NCBI GenBank assembly: GCA_021107435.1
Contig: JAIOSV010000089.1
Span: 39,388 to 103,387, forward strand
Direction: 5' to 3'
Source: Candidatus Sabulitectum sp.
Lineage (GTDB): Bacteria; Fermentibacterota; Fermentibacteria; Fermentibacterales; JCC-6
DNA: 64,000 nucleotides
The position numbers and the translations under genes are program-made. Position 1 is the stretch's first letter. Every line of letters begins with the position of its first letter. The notes beneath the pieces are model-generated. The model searched no databases and was not told the DNA's origin. It saw nothing but the letters and a program-made list of their open reading frames with translations. This document shows, piece by piece, positions 56,879 through 64,000 of this stretch.

Positions 56879-57184
56879 CTACTTGATCTCCACATCAACA
56901 CCGGCGGGAACATCAAGTTTCCGCAGTGCCTCTGTAGTCTGCTCATTGGGATCCATTATCTCGATAAGCCGGGAATGAACCCTGATCTCAAATTGCTCAC
57001 GTGATTTTTTGTTCACATGAGGGCTTCTCAGAACTGTTACAACCGAACGTCTTGTGGGCAGGGGAATTGGTCCGGCGATGCGAGCACCTGTGTTAACAAC
57101 ACCTCGCACTATATCGGTGGCCGACCTGTCCAGAAGACGATGATCATAGGCTCTAAGTCTGATCCTCAACCTGTTCTCGTTCAA
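56879..57184 (-). CDS. rpsJ: 30S ribosomal protein S10 (TTG start)
   Basis: (M)[18 protein letters not shown]… The start is TTG at 57182-57184, with an AAGGAG RBS 5 nt upstream (checked by hand). Confidence 0.95.
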   Translation of the reverse strand: MNENRLRIRLRAYDHRLLDRSATDIVRGVVNTGARIAGPIPLPTRRSVVTVLRSPHVNKKSREQFEIRVHSRLIEIMDPNEQTTEALRKLDVPAGVDVEIK

Positions 57185-57341
57185 TGCAACTCCTTAAACA
57201 ACCTGAGTAACCTGACGGGCAGTGCCCGTACAATAATAACTGCCGCAAAGAAACCCATCTGCCCGCAGCGTATGAACTTCCGTGCATGCACCTGAAACTC
57301 TTTCTCACCTGTCGAGCCCATAGAAACCCGCAGGGGAGGCT

Positions 57342-57351
57342 ATTATACACA
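57342..57351 (-). promoter_or_regulatory. Candidate extended -10 promoter (TGTGTATAAT) of the S10 operon
   Basis: The minus-strand sequence ttgtgTATAATagcc lies ~150 nt upstream of the rpsJ TTG. The leader contains the palindrome ACGGGCA.TGCCCGT. Confidence 0.4.
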
Positions 57352-57403
57352 ATAAAAACAAATTGCGCTACCCCGGGTTGTCTGCGGTTTATCAGGTATC
57401 AAA

Positions 57404-58075
57404 TCAGGAGTACACCTGCGTTCTCTCAGACTCGAAATATCTAATAAGTTCGTCAAGTCCTTGAGATGTCTCGGCGGAAATCCTGTAGATGCTAACATCC
57501 GGATTCAGGCTGCGACACTCATTCTCCGCCCGTTTCAAATCAAATCTCAACTGTGCTTCAAGATCGATCTTGTTAAGAAGGAGGGTATCAATTCTTGTAA
57601 ACAGAGCGGGGTACTTCATTATTTTATCGTCTCCCTCCGGGAGGGAAAGCATACCGGCTGTGATGTGTTCACCCAGAAAGTATCCACTGGGACAAATCAG
57701 ATTACCGACATTCTCAATAACAAGAAACTCCCATTCATCCCGAAACGGTTTCATTTCCTGAAGTGCTTCCGAGACGGATCCTGCGTCAAGATGACAGGAG
57801 CCCCCTGTCTCAATCTGAAAAGCGTACGAGCCAGCCCTGTTCACCCTGTTTGCGTCCCTGCTGGTTTGCACGTCCCCTTCAATAACCGCGAGACGCCCGC
57901 CAAGTCTTTCCGCAAGTCTTTCAAGAAGAGTGGTCTTCCCGGCTCCGGGTGAACTTATGAGGTTAATACACAGAAGCTTTGAATCCGTTATTGTTTTCCT
58001 GTTCTGTACGGCAATCATGTTATTACGCTTCATGACGGGGGAAAGCATCTTCACTTTTTTTGTTCTTTCCGTCAT
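57404..58075 (-). CDS. hypB: Hydrogenase nickel-incorporation GTPase HypB
   Basis: It has a GSPGAGKTTL P-loop and CH…C metal-binding residues. The protein is 223 aa. Its start overlaps the hypA stop as ATGA. Confidence 0.9.
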   Translation of the reverse strand: MTERTKKVKMLSPVMKRNNMIAVQNRKTITDSKLLCINLISSPGAGKTTLLERLAERLGGRLAVIEGDVQTSRDANRVNRAGSYAFQIETGGSCHLDAGSVSEALQEMKPFRDEWEFLVIENVGNLICPSGYFLGEHITAGMLSLPEGDDKIMKYPALFTRIDTLLLNKIDLEAQLRFDLKRAENECRSLNPDVSIYRISAETSQGLDELIRYFESERTQVYS

Positions 58076-58416
58076 TCTTCTCCTGTCATTTCAACACTGT
58101 CAATAATCAGATCCCGTCCCGACAAAACTTCCCTATGAAAAGAGCTGCATCCCGGACAGGGTTCATACACATCCGCTGTTTTGTACTGAATCCCGCAATC
58201 ACGGCAGAGAAGAAGGGCTTCTATTCTGTTAAGCTCAAGCTGAACGCTCCGGTGGCCCTTCTGTTCAAGAAGTGATTCCAGGCAGAATTGCAGGGAATCG
58301 GGATTAACGCTGGAAAGCATTCCTACAGAAAGAGTTATCCTTTTCAAGCTGAATCCCGGCACAAGCTCGCCCTCCGCCATATGTATAACTTCCACGGCAA
58401 GGCTCAGTTCATGCAC
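58072..58416 (-). CDS. hypA: Hydrogenase nickel-incorporation protein HypA
   Basis: It starts MHELSL and has two CxxC pairs (CRDCG, CPGC) with HypA spacing. Confidence 0.9.
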   Translation of the reverse strand: MHELSLAVEVIHMAEGELVPGFSLKRITLSVGMLSSVNPDSLQFCLESLLEQKGHRSVQLELNRIEALLLCRDCGIQYKTADVYEPCPGCSSFHREVLSGRDLIIDSVEMTGEE

Positions 58417-58428
58417 GGCAGCCCCCGG

Positions 58429-58968
58429 TCAAATCTTAACCAGCAGTCTGCCTATCGGCAGGCCATTTCCCCGAAGAAGCTTCACTATCTCAGTCACCGC
58501 CTTGTCAACAGCATACTCCACAACATCACTCAGACCTTCACCAAGCATCCGGGGAGGATGTATTGTCACTCCCCACAGGATCCACGGCGGGAATTCTCCA
58601 TCGTAAAGTGTTGCGAGAGACGCTACCACCGAGCACAGATCAGCCTGATGAAAAGACGGGAAAAAAGCTCTTGGAAGTGTCTTACCCGCAGAGATAATTC
58701 CCGGTATCTCGCCCGCAACAGCATCAAGGAAAACCATTGATTCGGTGCCTGGAAGAATATCCCATATCTCATACATATCTCCGGGAATTTCCCGAAAAGC
58801 CACCCCGGGTACATCCCCTATCCTGCGCCTCAGCTTCCAGAGCATAACCATTCCCGCGCCGTCATCTCCAGCCAGAGTGTTCCCAATACCTATAAAGGTA
58901 ATCTTTGCCGGAGCCGGGCAGTTCTTCAGTATTTTTTGCGTTGGAATGTTTTTACCCTGTAAACACAC
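58429..58968 (-). CDS. [NiFe] hydrogenase maturation endopeptidase (HybD/HycI-like)
   Basis: ITFIGIGNTLAGDDGAG is the signature N-terminus of hydrogenase maturation proteases. The 5' end overlaps the upstream ferredoxin-like gene by ~40 nt, so the start is uncertain. Confidence 0.8.
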   Translation of the reverse strand: MCLQGKNIPTQKILKNCPAPAKITFIGIGNTLAGDDGAGMVMLWKLRRRIGDVPGVAFREIPGDMYEIWDILPGTESMVFLDAVAGEIPGIISAGKTLPRAFFPSFHQADLCSVVASLATLYDGEFPPWILWGVTIHPPRMLGEGLSDVVEYAVDKAVTEIVKLLRGNGLPIGRLLVKI

Positions 58969-59657
58969 TGATCGTTTCCGGGCTCCATTGATTCCAGCTT
59001 AAGCCTGATGCCCCCCATCTTGCCCAGATAACCGGCAAGATTGTTGTAGAAGAGAACGCACAGATCCCCACCAAGCTCAATGTTTTCCTTTGAGCACAGC
59101 TCTCTGATAAAACATGTTTTGGTTGTTACTGTGAGTTGATCTCCATCAGTTGAAAAGTTAAGATCCCATGATGGACCGAACTGATTCACTGCCATTTCAA
59201 GCACTTCCTGAAATGATTCCGGCTCATGATACCTGGGAAGTTGATTGGCCAGCGTTCTTCCGGCCATGGTACCCACGGCAGGCATGCTTCCCCCCAGCGT
59301 ATGCCTGAATACCGCAGCGATGGATAACAGCCTTATACCAAGATCACCCAGAGCTTTCTTCTGCTCAGATTCGTTCTTCACATCTACCTGCTGAGGGGTT
59401 CCCGGGGTAAGCTTCCCGGCAAAATCCAATGCGTAATCATCGTGATAGTAGTTGTCAGACAGTTCAGCGTCTTCATGGCTGATAGCTTCCGCGGGGCAGA
59501 TTTCCAAACAGCTGAAACAACCAAAACATTCTTTTTCCCGCTTCACCACAGGCAGATTCTTCTCCTCGTCGAATTCGAACACATCTGTTGAACACTCATC
59601 CACGCACAAGGTGCAGCCAACGCATGCTTCTTCATCCACAAATACCTTGATCATCAT
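58926..59657 (-). CDS. 2x[4Fe-4S] ferredoxin-domain protein with C-terminal Cys-containing (V4R-like?) domain, hydrogenase-associated
   Basis: The N-terminus has CVGCTLCVDEC and CFGCFSCLEICP cluster motifs. The C-terminal ~150 aa carry TKTCFIRELC…GGDLCVLFYNNLAGYLG, reminiscent of V4R-type small-molecule-binding domains. It lies between the large subunit and the protease. Confidence 0.5.
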   Translation of the reverse strand: MMIKVFVDEEACVGCTLCVDECSTDVFEFDEEKNLPVVKREKECFGCFSCLEICPAEAISHEDAELSDNYYHDDYALDFAGKLTPGTPQQVDVKNESEQKKALGDLGIRLLSIAAVFRHTLGGSMPAVGTMAGRTLANQLPRYHEPESFQEVLEMAVNQFGPSWDLNFSTDGDQLTVTTKTCFIRELCSKENIELGGDLCVLFYNNLAGYLGKMGGIRLKLESMEPGNDQCVYRVKTFQRKKY

Positions 59658-61048
59658 TTCACCCCCCGGCTGATTGTTCTGACTATTGTGCCATTTTCCC
59701 GTATCTCAACCACCATAGGCATCTGTCCGGATGCGTGAGTGGCGCAGGCAAGACATGGGTCAAAACATCTAAGAGCGAATTCTACGCTGCTCATCAGCAA
59801 CTCATCCTGCCCCGTGCCGGCATATTTTGAGGCCATCCCTGTAATGCAGTGATCAATAGCCGCATAGTTATTCTGCGTGGCTACAATCAGGTTGGCATCT
59901 GTGAGAATACCCTCATCATCAGTTCTGTACTCATGGATAAGAGTTCCCCTGGGAGCCTCAACCATACCGATAAATGTACCGGCCCCGGGAGTTGCCCCAA
60001 CCATTAGATTCTCATCAGCACCCTTTGCTGAAAGTTCTTCTATTCTTTCCGCGCAGTAAACCATCTCGATAAAGCGAGCTTCCACATAGTCAAGAGCAGA
60101 AGTTCTGGGATGCTTCTTCGTCCTGTACGCAGCCAGCAGATTGTCTGCTTTGGGTGTGATGAAACTGTCGTTGACATTCAGTCTGGCCAGCGGTCCCACA
60201 AAGAAAGGCCTGTCACCGTCTCTAAGCATCACAGATTTCATGTAGGAACCCGGCATCGAGTGTTCAGTTAAATATCCGGCATAATCACCAGAGTCAAAGA
60301 CCGGATCCGTTTTTCCGGAAGGATTCATCACCACACAGGGGGATTCGAAAAAGGTCACTTTCCCGTTATCAGTAAGTGACATGGAACTGAAGGGTATATC
60401 AAGGCTGTCACGAATATCCTCCAGCTTTTTCAGAGCCTCAGTAATTACAATACTTAACTGGTCAAGCAAATCGACTGCTTCACTGCCCCAGGATGCCATG
60501 CTGGTCATTTCCTCAGCAGAAGGAGCGGAAGTCAGACCTCCGGGAATGGATGTTACCGGATGAACCCCCCTGCCGCCCACGATCTCGACTACTCTCTGTC
60601 CTATGCTTCGCAACCGAAGCATTTTTTTAGCAGCGTCAGGTTTCAATCTCAAGAGTTCAAAGATATTGCGTTGCTCATGAGAAGCATCAAGCCCCAGAAG
60701 AAGATCCGGGCCTGCCAGTACAAATGTGCTCAACGCGTGAGAGTGCAGTATGTGTCCCATGTACATCAGTTCACGAAGTCTTCCTGCTGTGTCGGTAATC
60801 TTCACCCCCAGGCCGTTTTCAATCGCAGTAACTGCTGCCATGTGATGAGCCGCCGGACATACGCCGCAGATTCTTGCGGTTATCAGCGGCATCTTGAACA
60901 ATTCCATACCTTCCAGAAGTTTTTCAAAGCCCCTTATCTCGAGAACCTGAAGATGCCCTTGATTAACTTTCCCCGCGTCATCAATATCCAGTGTGATCTT
61001 TGCGTGCCCTTCTATCCTGGTCACCGGATTTATTACTAGTTTTGACAT
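59654..61048 (-). CDS. [NiFe] hydrogenase large subunit (cytoplasmic, group-3-like)
   Basis: It has RIEGH and RICGVCPAAH N-terminal Ni-ligand motifs and a C-terminal DPCLACATH. A 26-aa extension follows, as expected for a protease-processed precursor. Confidence 0.9.
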   Translation of the reverse strand: MSKLVINPVTRIEGHAKITLDIDDAGKVNQGHLQVLEIRGFEKLLEGMELFKMPLITARICGVCPAAHHMAAVTAIENGLGVKITDTAGRLRELMYMGHILHSHALSTFVLAGPDLLLGLDASHEQRNIFELLRLKPDAAKKMLRLRSIGQRVVEIVGGRGVHPVTSIPGGLTSAPSAEEMTSMASWGSEAVDLLDQLSIVITEALKKLEDIRDSLDIPFSSMSLTDNGKVTFFESPCVVMNPSGKTDPVFDSGDYAGYLTEHSMPGSYMKSVMLRDGDRPFFVGPLARLNVNDSFITPKADNLLAAYRTKKHPRTSALDYVEARFIEMVYCAERIEELSAKGADENLMVGATPGAGTFIGMVEAPRGTLIHEYRTDDEGILTDANLIVATQNNYAAIDHCITGMASKYAGTGQDELLMSSVEFALRCFDPCLACATHASGQMPMVVEIRENGTIVRTISRGVK

Positions 61049-61082
61049 TTTTTCTGCCTCTTCTCTATTTCGCCCGGAAGGT

Positions 61083-61994
61083 TCACTTTACACCAACCCA
61101 TTCCCTGATCTCTACAGCAGGTTTTTTGTAAATAATCGGGGAGGAAAGCGCATAGGAATAAAAGGTCTTTGCTTCCTTCGCTATGTAATCCCGGATCTCA
61201 GTTTCATCGATATCCGTGAGCAGACTCATTCTTTTTGCTACCATATTCCTGATATCCAGGTGCGGTTCAGTTACAACGGCAATTGACGGCCCTGTGCAAC
61301 CCGCGCAGGCAACACCCTTGTTTGTGCACTGAGCCCTGCATCTCTCAAGAGTCACCGAACCAAGACATATGACCCCCTGGCTGAGAAAGCAGATATCCTT
61401 TTCAGGGGCAGTAACAGCTCCTTTTTTAAGTGTCACTCCCACTCGCTTTTCCATTTTTCTGTTGCATTGCGAACAGACTGTACCAGCCGGCATCACTGCA
61501 CCCTTTTCTCCCAGGAGAACTTTTATGGCCTGGGCGATGTAATACGGGTGCGGAGGGCATCCCGGCAGGTGCACATCCACTTCAACAACTTCATCTATGG
61601 GTATCACGCTGTGCTCAAGAACAGGGGCTCCCTCGGGTCTGTCTGCTTCAGTAGTGGTTGGAAGACCACCATAAACTTTACTGAGAATAGCATCGTCTTT
61701 GTACAGCCAGCCCAGTCCGGAAACCCCTCCATAGGAAGCGCATGTTCCGAATGCAACCAGTTTATCAACGCTTTCGCGCATTTTTAAGACAGCTTCCCTG
61801 TCGTGATCGCTTCTGACAGCCCCTTCCACCAGACCAATATCAGCCTTTGGATAACCGCGTTCATCCATGAGTACCGGAATCCTGACAAATTCAATGCTGT
61901 CCACCAGGTTAAGAAGCTTTTCGTGAAGATCAACAACAGCGATATGACACCCCGAACAACCCGACAGCCATTCTGTTGATACTTTTGCCTTCAT
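61083..61994 (-). CDS. [NiFe] hydrogenase small subunit (no Tat signal; cytoplasmic type)
   Basis: MKAKVSTEWLSGCSGCHIAVVDL… is the proximal-cluster motif at the extreme N-terminus without a twin-arginine leader. GTCASYGG, HLPGCPP and C-rich distal-cluster motifs are present. Confidence 0.85.
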   Translation of the reverse strand: MKAKVSTEWLSGCSGCHIAVVDLHEKLLNLVDSIEFVRIPVLMDERGYPKADIGLVEGAVRSDHDREAVLKMRESVDKLVAFGTCASYGGVSGLGWLYKDDAILSKVYGGLPTTTEADRPEGAPVLEHSVIPIDEVVEVDVHLPGCPPHPYYIAQAIKVLLGEKGAVMPAGTVCSQCNRKMEKRVGVTLKKGAVTAPEKDICFLSQGVICLGSVTLERCRAQCTNKGVACAGCTGPSIAVVTEPHLDIRNMVAKRMSLLTDIDETEIRDYIAKEAKTFYSYALSSPIIYKKPAVEIREWVGVK

Positions 61995-62530
61995 TTTGCA
62001 TCCTCCACAATCAGCTCTTTCAAACAGGCATTGGGACCTGCGTGCAGAATCTCAAGCTCTACTTTCTTCCCCGGCATTATCTTTTCCATTGCGCCGGCGA
62101 ATACACCATGGGACATGTAACAAAGGGAAAGCTTCTGCTCATGAGCATACCTGAAGAGAGCGTTTCTTACCATGCATGTATTAAAAACCAGTCTGATAAC
62201 CTGTTTCCCATCTTTTTCCTCAATAAGATTCTCTTTGTCTCCCTGGAATGGAACAAAATCCCAGACTATTCCGCGCTGTTTCAAAGCTTCATTCAGAATC
62301 TTTATTGCTTTAATGGGATCCTGAGTCGTCTCTGTATCCTCAACAGCCTCCTGCCCGAATTTCTTTCCAGCCAGAGCACATGAAGACAGGCTGCCCTGTC
62401 CAAGGTTTTTCTCGGCTGCATGGGTTAGAGAACCGATGAGGAACGCTATCCCGTGCAATCTGTCCTTTTCTCTCTGCATTTCTGTCCCTCCTTCGTATAT
62501 TAAATTATCTACAGCAATAAAATCTATCAA
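61991..62530 (-). CDS. Hypothetical Cys-containing protein (V4R-like?), hydrogenase-associated
   Basis: 179-aa protein with Cys residues in NTCMVRN, SLCYMSHGVFAGAMEKI and NACLKEL. It lies immediately upstream of, and overlaps, the small-subunit gene. Confidence 0.35.
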   Translation of the reverse strand: MIDFIAVDNLIYEGGTEMQREKDRLHGIAFLIGSLTHAAEKNLGQGSLSSCALAGKKFGQEAVEDTETTQDPIKAIKILNEALKQRGIVWDFVPFQGDKENLIEEKDGKQVIRLVFNTCMVRNALFRYAHEQKLSLCYMSHGVFAGAMEKIMPGKKVELEILHAGPNACLKELIVEDAK

Positions 62531-62685
62531 CTAACCATAAAAGCAAAAATTATACCAACTTGGTGGCTAATAATAATTAAGTGGTAAGAAAAAAATTTAC
62601 ACCCGCAGCATCTGCTGTATAAATCCCATCCACCGCAGCCCGAGTAAAGCATAACAAGAAAAAGCCTGCTTGACCAGTGGTATAC

Positions 62686-63731
62686 TCAACATATCCTGGG
62701 AAGTTGGTCTCCACTTATCATATCAAGAACCCTAGATGTTCCAACAGAAGTTTTTACAGTAACAGGCGCTATTCCGGATGGGACCACAGATCCAATTAAA
62801 GCTGCGTTCTCACACATCTTGAAGGAACGCATCAGCGATACGGCTTCTTCACCCGCCTCCCGGGGAAGTATAAGAACCATTCGGCCCTCGTTGGCAACAT
62901 AGAGCGGGTCAAAACCAAGAACCTCACAAGCCCCCAGCACCTCTTCCTGTACGGGTATTTTGCTCTCACACAAGTTTATTCCCAGCCCTGCCGCGCTGGC
63001 AATCTCGTTCAGAGAACTGGCCAGCCCCCCCCTTGTCAAGTCACGCATACAATGCACAGGCAGACCATGCCCGATAAGGGAATCAACAGGACCGCTGAGC
63101 GGTGCAAGGTCACTCTCAACAGTTGTTGAAAAGCTTAAACCTTCTCTCACCGACATTACTGCCATTCCGTGTCTTCCAACATCTCCGCTGAGAATTACAG
63201 CATCTCCCTCTTTAATCGAGGCCGGACCTATGAACGGGGTATTATTTCTCAGTACCCCAATCCCCGAAGTGTTTATATACAAACCATCCGCTTTTCCTCT
63301 TTCAACCACCTTGGTGTCCCCTGTAACTACTTGAACTCCGCACCGCTCCGCAGCCCTGGCAATGGAATCCACCACACGCTGGAGGTCCAGCATGGGTAAT
63401 CCCTCTTCCAGAATAAAGCCAAGGCTGATCCATCGGGGCATTGCTCCGCACATGGCAAGGTCATTCACTGTTCCATAAATTGAGAGTTCTCCTATATCCC
63501 CACCGGGGAAGAAAAGGGGAGTAATAACATAGGAATCCGTAGTAAAAGCAATTCTCTCCTGCGCTGTTTCCAACACTGCTCCATCGTGTCTTTCGGAGTC
63601 CTCTGTGGTTCTGAAAGCAACATGAATCATCTCATCAAGAAGCTGGTTCATAAGCCGTCCACCTCCTCCATGAGCCATTGTAACGACGGGATAGCGGGAA
63701 ATAAATGAAGGGCAGACAACACTCATTTTAT
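62686..63731 (-). CDS. hypE: Hydrogenase maturation protein HypE
   Basis: Start is taken at MSVVCPSF (overlapping the hypD stop). It has AIR-synthase-like motifs and the invariant C-terminal …PRIC. Confidence 0.9.
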
Positions 63732-64000
63732 CGCCTCCTGTATCTGAAATACGCCGCGCAGGCTCCCTCGGATGAAACCATTGGAGCACCGAGCGGATGT
63801 TCCGGTGTACATTCAACAGCAAACTTTTCACACTCTTTTGGTCTGATAAGGCCCCTGAGCACATCACCACTTCTGCAGCCTGTTTCTTCTTCTACTGCCA
63901 GGCTACTGACCTTAAATCTGACAGATGCATCGTATTTTTTATACTCACTGCGCAAATCAAAACCTCCCCGGGGAATCACCCCAAGTCCCCTCCACTTTCT
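63728..64000 (-). CDS. hypD: Hydrogenase maturation protein HypD, C-terminal part (5' end beyond window)
   Basis: …ECTPEHPLGAPMVSSEGACAAYFRYRR matches the conserved HypD C-terminus (CTPEHP…GxCxxY). The reading frame continues open to the window edge. Confidence 0.8.
   Translation of the reverse strand, partial: RKWRGLGVIPRGGFDLRSEYKKYDASVRFKVSSLAVEEETGCRSGDVLRGLIRPKECEKFAVECTPEHPLGAPMVSSEGACAAYFRYRRR

Noticed and set aside
62531-62685. AT-rich 155-nt region upstream of the hydrogenase structural genes as a mobile element or repeat
   Set aside because: It has no inverted repeats or coding potential. It is most simply the promoter region of the hydrogenase structural operon.

Overview
This 64-kb window is bacterial chromosome with roughly 50% GC, and about 90% of the coding is on the minus strand. 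From low to high coordinates it contains ten blocks.

- **1-7.3 kb, cell-envelope operon.** It encodes a partial secreted 5'-nucleotidase/metallophosphoesterase, three outer-membrane beta-barrel proteins (one with an N-terminal ComEA-type helix-hairpin-helix), a secreted OB-fold-like protein with a FlgD-Ig/T9SS-type C-terminal domain, and an orphan sugar-type ABC solute-binding protein.
- **7.4-10 kb, four tandem paralogous small lipoproteins on the plus strand.** P2 and P3 each have their own near-identical sigma70-like promoter and intrinsic terminator, and an FmdB zinc-ribbon gene follows on the minus strand.
- **10.3-13.4 kb, envelope-sugar genes.** These are a flippase-like membrane protein, gmhA, an rmlD/rfbD-like reductase and a CpsB-type PHP phosphatase.
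- **13.9-24 kb, housekeeping array.** In map order it runs methyltransferase, lipoprotein, OMP, rsmA, TatD-radical-SAM fusion, purA, engB, clpX, clpP, tig.
- **24.1-26.5 kb.** cpoB/ybgF-pal-tolB.
- **26.7-29.1 kb.** An arsR / DUF318-like permease / thioredoxin-like operon with a divergent cupin gene.
- **29.1-36.8 kb.** An SLC13/TrkA-C transporter, a membrane-anchored SGNH hydrolase, ExbB/ExbD/TonB-like genes, ridA, a PAS-HisKA-REC protein lacking an ATPase domain, and a Nudix hydrolase.
- **36.9-40.9 kb.** Two large secreted proteins with T9SS-type C-terminal domains, a C25 peptidase and a CotH-like protein.
- **41-57.2 kb.** A CGGC-domain gene, a HigA-like gene, pfkA, and a complete S10-spc-alpha ribosomal-protein supercluster running rpsJ through rplQ, with rpmJ found by hand and no rpsD.
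- **57.4-64 kb.** hypB and hypA, a maturation protease, a cytoplasmic group-3-like [NiFe] hydrogenase with two unusual Cys-rich accessory proteins, hypE, and the 3' end of hypD.

TTG and GTG starts are frequent: rpsM, rpsC and rpsJ use TTG and pal uses GTG. Two genes carry a conserved N-terminus upstream of any canonical start codon. The T9SS-type and FlgD-Ig sorting domains, together with a Thermus-like zinc-ribbon L24, suggest an uncultured FCB-group-like lineage; this is an inference.
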